A DNA stretch of 64,000 bases from Candidatus Bathyarchaeota archaeon. GTDB lineage: Archaea > Thermoproteota > Bathyarchaeia > TCS64. The position numbers and the translations under genes are program-made. The stretch lies in NCBI GenBank assembly GCA_043826455.1, contig JBDRQD010000015.1, positions 1 through 64,000 on the forward strand, written 5' to 3'. The notes beneath the pieces were generated by a model, which worked only from the letters and a program-made list of their open reading frames with translations, ran no database searches and had not been told where the DNA came from. This document shows, one piece after another, positions 37,345-47,571 of this stretch; within the stretch, counting starts at the first letter, position 1, and every line of letters begins with the position of its first letter.

Positions 37345-37369
37345 CCGCCGAGGGGGTTATTGGTTCGAA

Positions 37370-38080
37370 ATGAGTGACAGCGTTCCCCTGTACGTGGATG
37401 ACAGCTACATCAAAGAGTTCAAAGCCATGGTGGTGAGGAGCGGCCCCAGGTTCGTGGTGCTGGATGTCACCGCCTTCTACCCTGAGGGCGGAGGGCAGCC
37501 CAGCGACACGGGCACCCTGGAGGCGGGCGGAGAGACCCTCAAGGTTCTCAAGGTGATGAAGCGGGGCACCCAGATATTCCACTACCTGGATGGTGATCTG
37601 CCTGAGGGCGCGGAGGTCAGAGGCGTCGTAGACTGGGACCGGCGGCTCACTCACATGAGGCTCCACAGCGGCGAGCACCTCCTCACAGGCCTCTTTGAGG
37701 CGGAGGGCGGCGGCCTCAAGGTGTTCAGCAGCTTCACCCAGCTTGACTTCCAGCCCAGCGGTATCGACGAGGAGACCCTGAAGCGGGTATGGACGAGGTT
37801 CGATTCCATCATAGAGGAAAACATACCCGTCGCCATCTACTATACGAGCCGGGACGAGCTGGACGTGGGGGACGACGCCCGGAAGCAGAGCTTCCTGGAG
37901 AAGATGCCCCCAGGAGTCCATGAGCTCAGGATGGTCCAGATAGGCGGCTACGCCCTCACCTTCTGCATGGGCACCCACGTCAGGAGCACCGGCGAGATAG
38001 GGAAACTAAAGAGCCTGAGGCTTGAACCCAAGAAGAAGCAGCGGAAGATCATCTACTTCGAGCTTGATAACGTTAAATGA
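37370..38080 (+). CDS. alaXM: AlaX-M trans-editing enzyme (alanyl-tRNA editing domain)
   Basis: TAFYPEGGGQPSDTG, HMRLHSGEH, CMGTH. Confidence 0.88.
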   Translation: MSDSVPLYVDDSYIKEFKAMVVRSGPRFVVLDVTAFYPEGGGQPSDTGTLEAGGETLKVLKVMKRGTQIFHYLDGDLPEGAEVRGVVDWDRRLTHMRLHSGEHLLTGLFEAEGGGLKVFSSFTQLDFQPSGIDEETLKRVWTRFDSIIEENIPVAIYYTSRDELDVGDDARKQSFLEKMPPGVHELRMVQIGGYALTFCMGTHVRSTGEIGKLKSLRLEPKKKQRKIIYFELDNVK

Positions 38081-38110
38081 GCCCTACCCCAGTATTTCAC
38101 CGGTGCATGT

Positions 38111-39190
38111 ATGAGGATTAAACCCTTCAGGCTTGAGCGGTGGCTCCTCGAGAAGGCCGAGATCGACCTGGGCGGCGGAGGCGTGACAAAGCTCAGGCTC
38201 AGAGACGTGGTCCCTGACTTTGACCTGGGCCAGGCCATGAAGTACGGGATGACGGACGGCTCAGATGAACTCAAGGGCCTTGTGGCCGAGTGGTATACTG
38301 TGGAGCCTGAGAACGTCCTCATAACCTCCGGGACCAGCGAGGCCAACCTCATCCTAAACCTCACGCTCCTGGAGCATCGTGACCACTACGTCACGGAGAA
38401 CCCCCAGTACGAGCAGACCACCCGGTTCGCGGAGGCCCTAGGCTGCAAGGTGTCGGAGTTCCAGCTTGTTGAGGAAGACCAGTGGAGGCCAAACCTGGAG
38501 GAGCTCAAGGAGAAGGTGGTCAAGGGTACAAGGGTCGTCTTCCTGGATAACCCCAACAACCCCACGGGGGCCGTCCTCTCTAGGGCCGAGATGAAGGCCA
38601 TCGTAGATGTCGCTGAGGACGCCGGCGCATGGCTACACTGCGACAACGCCCTCAGGGGCTCCGAACTGGACAGAAAACCAGCGCTGACTCCTTACCCCGG
38701 GTACGAGCGGGGCGTCACCACGGGCAGCATATCCAAGCTGGGGGCCACCAGCCCAAGGATCGGGTGGATCATCGGCGACCCGGAGTTCATCCGCAGGTGC
38801 TGGGAGATGAAGGACTACACGACCCTCGGTCACTCAGGCATAGGCGAGAACATAGCCTCCGCCCTTCACAGGAAGAGGGATCAGTTGATGAAGAGGAACC
38901 TGGAGATCAGCAGAAGGAACCTGGACACGTTAGATACATGGATAAAGGCCCATGATGATGTGTTCCGCTGGAGGAGGCCGGAAGCCGGTTTCACAGGGTT
39001 CCCCGGGTACACGCTCAGCGTAAGCTCCGAGGAGCTCTGTAGGAGACTCCTCAGGGATAAGGGGCTTCTTCTCAGCCCGGGCAGCTACTTCGGCGTAGAC
39101 CACCACCTCCGCATCAACACGGGCTCGGCCCCAGGCGTCCTTGAGGAAGGTCTTGAGAGGCTGACCGGCTTCGTCGAGGGCCTCCAATAA
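38111..39190 (+). CDS. Class I/II PLP aminotransferase
   Basis: GTSEAN, NPNNPTG, SISKLG...RIGW. Confidence 0.88.
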   Translation: MRIKPFRLERWLLEKAEIDLGGGGVTKLRLRDVVPDFDLGQAMKYGMTDGSDELKGLVAEWYTVEPENVLITSGTSEANLILNLTLLEHRDHYVTENPQYEQTTRFAEALGCKVSEFQLVEEDQWRPNLEELKEKVVKGTRVVFLDNPNNPTGAVLSRAEMKAIVDVAEDAGAWLHCDNALRGSELDRKPALTPYPGYERGVTTGSISKLGATSPRIGWIIGDPEFIRRCWEMKDYTTLGHSGIGENIASALHRKRDQLMKRNLEISRRNLDTLDTWIKAHDDVFRWRRPEAGFTGFPGYTLSVSSEELCRRLLRDKGLLLSPGSYFGVDHHLRINTGSAPGVLEEGLERLTGFVEGLQ

Positions 39191-39220
39191 TCTTATCCCG
39201 GTTCCAGACACTTCTCCCCT

Positions 39221-39922
39221 ATGAACCACGTCCTCAACCTCCTCAAAGACTGCCGGGTCATAGACCTGAGCCACACCTTTGAGGAGGGCATGCCCCGCCC
39301 CCAGGTGCCCTACGGCCACATACCGTGGAAGAGCCACACACGGGGCGACGCCTTCAACACCTACATGTTCTTGGTCTTCGAGCACGCCGGCACCCACGTG
39401 GACGCCCCCATCCACCTGGGCGGAGTTGAAGGGCCAGCCATAGACAAGGTGCCACCTGAGAGCTGGATGGGACCCCTCTGCGTCCTGGACATGACCCACA
39501 AGAAGGAGAGAGAGTTCGTTCAAGCCCAGGAGATCATGAACTGGGAGAAGCGGCACGGTAAGCTAGCCGAGGGCGACATCGTTTTGGTCAACTACAGGTG
39601 GGAGCGGAACTGGAGCAACGCCCACGGCGTCGAGAACCAGCCCTACCTGCGCAACAACCCCGGCCTCTCAGAGGAAGCGGCTAGACTCCTCGTAGACAGG
39701 GGGGTGAAGCTGGTGGGCGCGGACACACCCACCATCGACAGCGACGCGGACCCGGAGGAGCGTGCTCACAGGGTGCTTCTGCCCGCCGGCGTCCTCATAC
39801 TTGAGAACGCCTGCAACCTCAGCCAGCTCCCGCCCCGGGGCGCCTTCTTCATGGGGCTACCCCTTAAGATCAAAGACGGCACAGGGTGCCCAGTGAGGGC
39901 CGTGGCCCTCGTCCCCAAGTAA
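39221..39922 (+). CDS. Cyclase family (kynurenine formamidase KynB-like) metal hydrolase
   Basis: IDLSH, EHAGTHVDAPIH, GADTPTID, ILEN, GCPVRAVA. Confidence 0.9.
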   Translation: MNHVLNLLKDCRVIDLSHTFEEGMPRPQVPYGHIPWKSHTRGDAFNTYMFLVFEHAGTHVDAPIHLGGVEGPAIDKVPPESWMGPLCVLDMTHKKEREFVQAQEIMNWEKRHGKLAEGDIVLVNYRWERNWSNAHGVENQPYLRNNPGLSEEAARLLVDRGVKLVGADTPTIDSDADPEERAHRVLLPAGVLILENACNLSQLPPRGAFFMGLPLKIKDGTGCPVRAVALVPK

Positions 39923-39949
39923 AATATAGGTTAAAACATATCCTAAGTT

Positions 39950-40945
39950 GTGGCATGGATCAGCGAGCTGAGGGCCGACCCCACAGACTGGCTTCTGGAG
40001 CCCTCCAACCCCAGCGTCAGGTACATGGCGCTCTTGGAACTCATGGACAGGAAGCCGGGAGACCCAGAGGTGGAGGAGGCCCGTGAGGCCATCATGGGCT
40101 CCGAGCCGGTGAAGGCCATCCTCGCTGCCCAGGAGCCTGGCGGTCACTGGGTTGAGCCAGCGGACATGTACCTCCCCAAGTACAGGGCTACCACCCACCA
40201 GCTTCTCATCCTCGCGGAGCTGGGGGCCACCCGGACCCCGGCCATCGAGAGGGCCGTGGAGCACATTTACAGGTTTCAGAGGGTCAGCGGCCACTTCCTC
40301 ACCGAGATGCCCAAGACGGAGCAGGGAAGGGCCAGCGTCGTGAAGGACGGTTGCTGCCTGGACGGTAACGTGCTCTACTACCTCATCCACTTCGGGTACC
40401 TGGACGACCCGAGGACGGGTAAGCTCCTGGACTTCATATTAGACTACCATGACGACGTGGACGCGGGGTGGAGGTGCCGCGCTTTCCCCATCAACCCCGA
40501 CGCCGTGTTCCCGGTGAACTGCTACATGGGGGCGACCAAGGTCCTCAAGGCTCTCAGCACCATGCCTGAGAAGAGTCGAACACCGGAGATCAAGGCCCTC
40601 ATCAGGCGCGAGGTGGAGAACGTCCTGGAGAACGGCGTCTACAGGTACCTCCGAAACCCTGACGGCAGCAGGAAGGACAAGGCCGGGTGGAAGAGGTTCG
40701 GGTTTCCCCTCTTCTACCAGGCGGACGCCCTTGAGGTGCTTGACACGTTGACTCGGCTCGGCGTAAAGGATGATCGAATGGTGGACACGGTGGAGTTGGT
40801 GAAGGCCGCCCAGCAGATGGACGGCGCTTGGCTGCTGAAGGACACCTTCAACGGGAAGATGTGGGTGGACATCGAGGAGAAGAACAGGCCCAGCAAGTGG
40901 GTCACCCTTAGAGCCATGAGGTCCCTGAAGAGGCTCCGCGGGTGA
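39950..40945 (+). CDS. Prenyltransferase/terpene-cyclase-like alpha/alpha-barrel protein of unknown function
   Basis: QW-like repeats (AQEPGGHW, FQRVSGHF, AQQMDGAW), FGFPLFY, PSKWVT. Confidence 0.6.
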   Translation: MAWISELRADPTDWLLEPSNPSVRYMALLELMDRKPGDPEVEEAREAIMGSEPVKAILAAQEPGGHWVEPADMYLPKYRATTHQLLILAELGATRTPAIERAVEHIYRFQRVSGHFLTEMPKTEQGRASVVKDGCCLDGNVLYYLIHFGYLDDPRTGKLLDFILDYHDDVDAGWRCRAFPINPDAVFPVNCYMGATKVLKALSTMPEKSRTPEIKALIRREVENVLENGVYRYLRNPDGSRKDKAGWKRFGFPLFYQADALEVLDTLTRLGVKDDRMVDTVELVKAAQQMDGAWLLKDTFNGKMWVDIEEKNRPSKWVTLRAMRSLKRLRG

Positions 40946-40985
40946 TCCGCCTTGCCAATACCATGGATTAACTTTATATCCCCTT

Positions 40986-42251
40986 GTGCAACCGCCTCAT
41001 GGATTCAACGAAGGTGACGATGTGGCGGTGGGTGAACGAAGCCTCAGGATGGATGTCATAAGCATCTACGTTCCCTCGTTCTTCATATTCGTGGGCATGA
41101 GCATCGTCTCTCCCGTCCTACCCCTGTACGCCAAGAGCTTCAACGTCAACTACACCCTGGTGAGCCTGGCAATCTCGGCCTACGCCTTCGGTAGGTTCCT
41201 GGCGGACATCCCCAGCGGCTGGCTCTCAGACAAGTGGGGCCGGAGGCCCCTCATGATCTGGGGCACCCTGCTCATAGCCGTCATGGCTTTCCTGAACGCC
41301 AGGGCCACCAGTTTCATCGAGTTCCTCATCTACCGCCTCATCCAAGGGGTCGGCTCAGCCATGTGGATGACCTCGAGGACCACTCTGCTAGCCGATATAC
41401 TGAAGCCCAGCGAGAGGGGCCGCATCATGGGATACTTCCAATCGTTCCAGCTCTTGGGCAGCAGCGCCGGTCCCGTGATAGGCGGGTATGCGGCCTCTCT
41501 GTGGGGCCTCCAGTCTACCTTCTACCTCTATGCCCTATTTGGACTTGTCAGCCTGGTCATCACGTACCTCTGGATACAGGAGCCTGAGGGTATAGCCACG
41601 AGGAAGCATGAGACCCACTTTGACTGGCCGACCGCCAAGCGTCTCCTCTCCAACAGGAGTTACAGCCTAGCCTGTCTGGCCACCTTCACCATCTTCTTCA
41701 TGAGGACGGGCATCAGGAGCACCATGATACCCCTCTACGCCGACAGCGAGCTGGGCCTCAACGAGACGGACATAGGGGCGGTCATCGCCTACTCCACCAT
41801 AATGAACCTGATCCTGGCTGTGCCCATGGGCCACGCCATCGACTACTTTGGGAGGAAGCCGGCTATCGTGAAGAGCCTCTTCGTCACCATGTTCGCGGCC
41901 TTGGCGTTCCCTTACACCACCGACTACTTCACTCTGAGCCTGGCAGCCGTCCTCCTGGGCATAGGAACGAGCGGGGCCGGGCAGGCGCCCCTGGCTTTAG
42001 CCACCGACGCCACTGAAAATGAGCCTCGGGGGATAAGCATGGGTATGTATAGGCTCTTCGGCGACATAGGGTTCATGGTGGGGCCTATAATCCTGGGCGT
42101 CATCGCGGACAACATGGGGCTAAGGGCGCCCTTCTACTTCACCGCTGTGCTGCTGTTGGTCAGCACCATCCTGATTCAGGTTTTCGCTGTAGAGACCTAC
42201 TCGAAGAGGGCCAACGACATGGTGAAGAGACAACGAGGCCTCGAGGCTTAG
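40986..42251 (+). CDS. MFS transporter (DHA1-like)
   Basis: GWLSDKWGRRP, RLIQGVG, GPVIGG. Confidence 0.9.
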   Translation: MQPPHGFNEGDDVAVGERSLRMDVISIYVPSFFIFVGMSIVSPVLPLYAKSFNVNYTLVSLAISAYAFGRFLADIPSGWLSDKWGRRPLMIWGTLLIAVMAFLNARATSFIEFLIYRLIQGVGSAMWMTSRTTLLADILKPSERGRIMGYFQSFQLLGSSAGPVIGGYAASLWGLQSTFYLYALFGLVSLVITYLWIQEPEGIATRKHETHFDWPTAKRLLSNRSYSLACLATFTIFFMRTGIRSTMIPLYADSELGLNETDIGAVIAYSTIMNLILAVPMGHAIDYFGRKPAIVKSLFVTMFAALAFPYTTDYFTLSLAAVLLGIGTSGAGQAPLALATDATENEPRGISMGMYRLFGDIGFMVGPIILGVIADNMGLRAPFYFTAVLLLVSTILIQVFAVETYSKRANDMVKRQRGLEA

Positions 42252-42359
42252 CCGAAGAAACACTCAGGCGGGGCAGGAAGCTCCCCCATCTTGACAACGT
42301 TGAGCCGTTAGTTCACTTTCCCCTTATCCTTTAAATCACTCCGTCCACAGGGCTTCTCC

Positions 42360-43820
42360 ATGGCACGCGACGAGGACCCGAGAGAGTTGACTTTAGACCC
42401 AGAGAACTGGGGTGAGCTCAGGAAGCTGGGTCACAGGATGCTAGACGACATGATGAACCACCTGGAGCAGGTGCGGGACCGGCCTATAATGCAGAAAGTG
42501 GCCGACGAGGCCAGAGAAGCGTTCACGCAGCCTCCGCCGATGCAAGGGGTAGGAGCTGAGGCTGCCTACGAGGAATTCGTCGAGCAGCTGCTACGGAACC
42601 AGTCTAACTTCAATAAGCACCCCCGTTTCTGGGGCTTCGTTGTGGGCACCGGAAGCCCCTCTGGTATGCTCGCGGACATGCTGGCCTCCGGTCTCAACGT
42701 GAACATGGTGGGTGGGCCACTGGCGTCCACCATGCTCGAGATGCAGGTGACCGCCTGGATGAAGGGGCTCCTCGGATTCCCTATGGAGGCTGGCGGAATC
42801 CTCGTTTCAGGCGGCTCCATGGCAAACCTCCTAGGCCTAACAGTTGCCAGGAACACTTTGGCTGAAGAAACCAAGCAGCTTGGAGCCCGCCGCGGTTTGA
42901 CCGTGTACGGCTCAGATGAGATGCATGTCTGCATCCAGAAGACAGTGGAGATGCTGGGCATAGGAAGCGACAACCTACACAAGGTACCCGTCGACAGCGG
43001 GTACAGGATCAACATCCAGGCATTGGAGGAGCGGATACGCGAGGATAGGGCCGCGGGGATGGAGCCCTTCTGCGTCGTAGGCAACGCGGGCACCGTGAAC
43101 ACGGGCAGCTTCGACGACCTTGAAGCCTTAGCCGACCTGTGCAGCCGCGAGGACCTGTGGCTGCACGTGGACGGCGCCTTCGGGGCGTGGGCGGCCATCG
43201 TGCCGGAGCTCAGACACCTGGTTAGGGGCTTGGAGAGGGCGGACAGCGTGGCCTTCGACCTCCACAAGTGGATGTACATGCCCTACGATGTGGGCTGCGT
43301 TCTGTTCAAGCGGCAGAGCGACCAGGTGAAGACCTTCAGCAACAGGCCCGACTACTTCTCTATGAGCAAGGATACGCCGCCACAGTTCGCCAACTTCGGG
43401 TTCGAGCTCAGCAGGAGCTTCCGCGCCCTCAAGGTGTGGATGGGGTTGAAGGAGAACGGCGTCGCCAAGTACTCGGCCCTGGTGAAGCAGAACGTCGACC
43501 AGGCAGAGTACCTGAAGACGCTGATAGAGTCGCGTCCAGAGCTGGAGCTCATGGCGCCCGTTCCTCTGAACACGGTCTGCTTCAGGTACAAGGGCAGAGG
43601 CATCCCCGACCCGGTGCTGGATGAGCTGAACAAGGGCCTATCCATGCGGCTGATGTTCAGCGGGGCTGGGGCCACCTCCGAGACCAAGGTGAAGGGCAGG
43701 GTGGCTCTCCGCGTGTGCATCACGAACCACAGGACGACTCGACGAGACCTAGAGGAGTTCGTGAAGGCAGCTGCTCAGATGGGGACGATGATGGCCCAGA
43801 ACCCCAGTTTAAACCCCTGA
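42360..43820 (+). CDS. Group II PLP-dependent (aromatic) amino acid decarboxylase
   Basis: HPRFWGF, SGGSMAN, AGTVNTG, WLHVDGAFG, DLHKW, SRSFRALK. Confidence 0.9.
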   Translation: MARDEDPRELTLDPENWGELRKLGHRMLDDMMNHLEQVRDRPIMQKVADEAREAFTQPPPMQGVGAEAAYEEFVEQLLRNQSNFNKHPRFWGFVVGTGSPSGMLADMLASGLNVNMVGGPLASTMLEMQVTAWMKGLLGFPMEAGGILVSGGSMANLLGLTVARNTLAEETKQLGARRGLTVYGSDEMHVCIQKTVEMLGIGSDNLHKVPVDSGYRINIQALEERIREDRAAGMEPFCVVGNAGTVNTGSFDDLEALADLCSREDLWLHVDGAFGAWAAIVPELRHLVRGLERADSVAFDLHKWMYMPYDVGCVLFKRQSDQVKTFSNRPDYFSMSKDTPPQFANFGFELSRSFRALKVWMGLKENGVAKYSALVKQNVDQAEYLKTLIESRPELELMAPVPLNTVCFRYKGRGIPDPVLDELNKGLSMRLMFSGAGATSETKVKGRVALRVCITNHRTTRRDLEEFVKAAAQMGTMMAQNPSLNP

Positions 43821-43950
43821 AAAGATTAGCTCCTTTACGCTGAACGGCTTCTCGGCCCAGTTTTTCCTATCCTAACTAAAATTTTGGCTTAATTATGAAA
43901 TAGGTTTATAATGTAAGGCTCTAAACCATCCCTTAAGGTGAAACAAGGAA

Positions 43951-44499
43951 ATGGTTGACCTACTGATCGGAGGAATAATAGTCATCGGAGCGGCACTCGT
44001 ACTGCTCTACATCACCTACTATAACAGGATAAGAACCCTGGGGAACAGGATCGAGGAGGCATGGGCCCAGATAGACGTACAGCTGAAGAAGCGGTACGAC
44101 CTGGTGCCCAACCTGGTGGAGACAGTGAAAGGCTACGCCAGCCACGAGAAGGAGATATTCGACAACATCGCCCAGGCCCGGGCGGGCATGGTGAGCGGCT
44201 CACGGCAGGACCGTGTCGCCGCGGACGGCATGCTGAACCAGGCCCTAGGGAGGCTCTTCGCCGTGGCGGAGGCTTACCCGAACCTGAAGGCTCAGGAGAA
44301 CTTTAAGCTCCTGCAGGAGCAGCTGGAGGGCATCGAGAACAAGATCGCGTACAGCAGGCAGTTCTACAACCAGAGCGTGCTGACCTTCAACAACCTGATT
44401 ACTACCATCCCTGGCATGTGGTTCGCGGGTGGCCGCAGCAAGCACGAGTTCCTCGAGATACCCGCAGAGCAACGCGAAGCCCCTAGAGTGAAGTTCTAG
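43951..44499 (+). CDS. lemA: LemA family protein
   Basis: N-terminal TM, IDVQLKKRYDLVPNLV, EAYPNLKA, SRQFYN. Confidence 0.95.
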   Translation: MVDLLIGGIIVIGAALVLLYITYYNRIRTLGNRIEEAWAQIDVQLKKRYDLVPNLVETVKGYASHEKEIFDNIAQARAGMVSGSRQDRVAADGMLNQALGRLFAVAEAYPNLKAQENFKLLQEQLEGIENKIAYSRQFYNQSVLTFNNLITTIPGMWFAGGRSKHEFLEIPAEQREAPRVKF

Positions 44500-44500
44500 C

Positions 44501-45409
44501 ATGGGACAACGAAGCTTTCAGGACGAGATGTCCCGCAACAGGCGGGACAGCCTTCTTTTAGCCGTCATAGTCAGTGCGGTCCTCTTCGCCCTCATAGTGA
44601 GCATCGGCTACATGTGGGACCCCACCAGCGTCTACATCATGGTGCCCATAGCGGTAATCATGGTGTTCGTGTACACTTGGAGCAGCTACCAGTACGGGGA
44701 CAGGGTGGTACTTTCCTCGGTGGGCGCTTATCCCGCTGAGGGCCCCCAGTTCATTTACCTCAACGACACGGTGGAGGGCCTAGCCATAGCGGCGGGCATC
44801 CCCAAGCCCAAGGTATACGTCATGCCCAGCGACGAGCTCAACGCCTTCGCCACAGGCAAGAACCCGGAGAACGCCTCCGTAGCGGTGACCACGGGCCTCA
44901 TGCGCACCCTCAACAGGCAGGAGTTGGAGGGCGTCATCGCCCACGAGATGAGCCACATCAGGAACAGGGACGTCCAGTTCATGACCCTGGTGGCCGTGCT
45001 GGTCGGCCTCATAGGAATCCTGAGCCACATGATTCTCCGCAGCTACTGGTGGGGTGGCGGCAGGAGCGATAGACGGGAACGCGGTAAGGGCGGTGACATC
45101 AGGATGCTCATCATAGTGGTGGGCTTCGTCATGGCCATCTTCGCCCCCATAGTCACACGGCTGGTTCAGTTGGCGGTCAGCAGGCGCAGGGAGTACCTGG
45201 CCGACGCCTCGGGGGCCGAGCTGACCCGGTACCCGGACGGTTTGGCGAATGCTCTAGAGAAGATCAAGAACACTAACAGGGGTAACATGAAGGTGAGCGA
45301 GTCCGTAAGCCACCTCTTCATAGCGGACCCCGTCCACAGCGCCCTGGACGCCATATACAGCACCCATCCGCCAATAGAGGATCGCATCAAGCGGCTACGT
45401 GAGATGTAG
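44501..45409 (+). CDS. htpX: HtpX M48 zinc metalloprotease
   Basis: NAFATG, AHEMSH, SRRREYLAD, STHPPIEDRI. Confidence 0.95.
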   Translation: MGQRSFQDEMSRNRRDSLLLAVIVSAVLFALIVSIGYMWDPTSVYIMVPIAVIMVFVYTWSSYQYGDRVVLSSVGAYPAEGPQFIYLNDTVEGLAIAAGIPKPKVYVMPSDELNAFATGKNPENASVAVTTGLMRTLNRQELEGVIAHEMSHIRNRDVQFMTLVAVLVGLIGILSHMILRSYWWGGGRSDRRERGKGGDIRMLIIVVGFVMAIFAPIVTRLVQLAVSRRREYLADASGAELTRYPDGLANALEKIKNTNRGNMKVSESVSHLFIADPVHSALDAIYSTHPPIEDRIKRLREM

Positions 45410-45412
45410 CCT

Positions 45413-45808
45413 CTAAACTTCCTTTATTGAGAAACATTCCAGACCCGCCTCTCTACCTTTTTCAGACATCTGTGCGTCCTCTGTGACAAGGGGGAGCTCT
45501 CGCTTCAACGCGAAATAGATGTACGAGGCATCGTAGAAAGGGATCTTCAGCTCAGAGGCCAGCTCCAGTACCCCTTTTTCGTGCCCCTTTAACTGAAGAA
45601 AATTCATCACATAGAAGATGTCCATGAACAACTGCATCATCTCCGTAGCCTCTCTAATGGAATAGCTACCCAGCCGCGAGGTGTGCTTCCATAAAGTGTT
45701 CCCGATCTCATAACGGGCGATCTCCACCGTGTAGAGTCCGTCAAGCTCACATACCCTATCTATTCGAGCCGCCTCATAGATGGATGATGCATCTATCAGC
45801 GGCTTCAT
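45413..45808 (-). CDS. vapC: VapC PIN-domain toxin
   Basis: LIDASS, YEIGN, FYDASY, LVTED. Confidence 0.9.
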   Translation of the reverse strand: MKPLIDASSIYEAARIDRVCELDGLYTVEIARYEIGNTLWKHTSRLGSYSIREATEMMQLFMDIFYVMNFLQLKGHEKGVLELASELKIPFYDASYIYFALKRELPLVTEDAQMSEKGREAGLECFSIKEV

Positions 45809-46035
45809 CTCTTATTCCTGTCCTCTCGGATAGATCTCACAACTTCCTCTGTGGTTACTCTGTCGAGCAGCGGTCTAAGCCTCTGGGCGTGTTCCTTAAG
45901 ATCCTCCAACTCCTTTCTACTCACCTCCTCTTCGAGGGCCTCCCTGATCACTTCGGAGGTCTTGACGTTGTACTTGTCGATCTTCTCCTTGAGTTCGGGG
46001 GGTATCCGGGCGGACACGGTCTCGTACTTCACCAT
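45805..46035 (-). CDS. vapB: VapB antitoxin
   Basis: TVSARIPPELKEK...SEVIREALEEEV...IREDR; start MVKYE at 46035. Confidence 0.85.
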   Translation of the reverse strand: MVKYETVSARIPPELKEKIDKYNVKTSEVIREALEEEVSRKELEDLKEHAQRLRPLLDRVTTEEVVRSIREDRNKR

Positions 46036-46037
46036 GG

Positions 46038-46055
46038 TATTACAATTATGTAATA
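46038..46055. promoter_or_regulatory. Inverted repeat, putative vapBC autoregulatory operator
   Basis: TATTACA-ATTA-TGTAATA immediately upstream of the vapB start; another TGTAATA half-site at 46062-46068. Confidence 0.5.
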
Positions 46056-46158
46056 ATATTTTGTAATAAATAAACGTAGCCGTAGCCATCTTCTTACTTT
46101 GTGTGTCGCCTCTTGGATGGCACAAATCCTCTTTTAGCGGTAATTGAAGGGATCAAAT

Positions 46159-46269
46159 ATGAGGAGACTAGGTGAGGGGCTAGCAATAGTGGCCTCATTG
46201 ATAGGAGTGGGCCTGGCGCTGCTGTACCTCTTCCTGGTTTGGATGCCCAACTTCAAAATTAGCTTGTGA
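46159..46269 (+). CDS. Putative 36-aa single-TM microprotein
   Basis: Manual translation MRRLGEGLAIVASLIGVGLALLYLFLVWMPNFKISL. Confidence 0.4.
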   Translation: MRRLGEGLAIVASLIGVGLALLYLFLVWMPNFKISL

Positions 46270-46391
46270 GCAACGAGCCTCCGTTTTACTTCTGTAGCTG
46301 GTAAAAGGCCACCCGAAAAACCGTGAATTCCCAGCCACTAGGAACAAACCGATCAACAGATTTCAAAAACAAGTGTCAGCAACCATACACC

Positions 46392-47522
46392 ATGACAGCC
46401 CTCAAAGGAGTACGCGTCCTCGACCTCACCCACGCCCACGCCGGCCCCATATGCACAATGTACATGGCCGCCATGGGCGCCGAGGTCATCAAGATCGAGC
46501 CCAAGTGGGGCGAGATGACCCGCATGTTCCCCCCGCTAATCAAGGGCCAGAGCCCATACTTCGTGTATGTGAACCGCGGCAAGAAAGGAGTCACCCTGGA
46601 CCTGAAACACCCCCGGGGACGAGAGATATTCGTGGAGCTGGTTAAGAAGAGCGACGTGGTCATGGAGAACTTCAGCCCGGGCACCATGGACAGGCTGAAC
46701 CTCGGCTGGGACGTGCTGAGGCAACTCAACCCGGGCATAATATACGCCAGCGTCAGCGGCTTCGGCCACACAGGCCCCTGGGTCGACCGCCGCAGCTTCG
46801 ACCCCATAGCCCAGGCCACCAGCGGCTACATGTGGCTCATGAAGGAGGCCGTGAACCCGAAGGGCCCGCCGCTCCAGGCGCCGGACGCCATAGCGGACAC
46901 CATTCCGGGCTTCACCTGCCTCATAGGCATCCTGGCCGCCCTGGTCCACCGGGAGAGGACTGGCAGGGGCCAGCGCGTGGACGTGGCCCAGATGGACGCC
47001 ATGATCGCCTGCATGCAGAGCTTCAGCTTCTGGAACCTGGCAGGAACCACCTTCCAGAGAGCCCTGAGAATGAATGACGTGAACGTCTCGGGCCTCCACG
47101 AGACCCTGGACGGGTACGTCATGTTCAGCCTGCCCGCAGGCCGCATCACCGACTGGTTCCGGGAGCTCCTGGGCGTAGAGGAGCTCACGGAGGCCGTGGT
47201 GAAAGACTGGGTTAGGAGCAGAACCACCGAGGAGGTGGTTAACATACTCGCGGAGACGGGGGTGCCCGTGGGCGAGGTCCGGGACCTGGATCAGGTCCAG
47301 GCCTGCCCTCAGGCTGCAGCCCGGGAGATGTTCGTCAAGGTCAGCCACCCGACTCTTGGCAAGATCACTGAGCCGGGGTTCCCAATAAAGTTCAGCGAGA
47401 CCCGGGGGAATATCGCGGAGCCGGCGCCCCTCCTGGGCGAGCACACAGCGGCTGTGCTGGGCGAGGTCCTGGGTTTGACGGCTGACGCGGTGGAGGCGTT
47501 GAGGAAAGAAGGCGTCGTCTAG
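46392..47522 (+). CDS. CoA-transferase family III (CaiB/BaiF/Frc)
   Basis: LKGVRVLDLT, AGP, GAEVIKIE, NRGKK, ENFSPG, FDPIAQA, APLLGEHT. Confidence 0.92.
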   Translation: MTALKGVRVLDLTHAHAGPICTMYMAAMGAEVIKIEPKWGEMTRMFPPLIKGQSPYFVYVNRGKKGVTLDLKHPRGREIFVELVKKSDVVMENFSPGTMDRLNLGWDVLRQLNPGIIYASVSGFGHTGPWVDRRSFDPIAQATSGYMWLMKEAVNPKGPPLQAPDAIADTIPGFTCLIGILAALVHRERTGRGQRVDVAQMDAMIACMQSFSFWNLAGTTFQRALRMNDVNVSGLHETLDGYVMFSLPAGRITDWFRELLGVEELTEAVVKDWVRSRTTEEVVNILAETGVPVGEVRDLDQVQACPQAAAREMFVKVSHPTLGKITEPGFPIKFSETRGNIAEPAPLLGEHTAAVLGEVLGLTADAVEALRKEGVV

Positions 47523-47571
47523 CCCGCACCCTTTTAGTACCCATATGCGTGTCTTCTCTATGTGAGATTCT

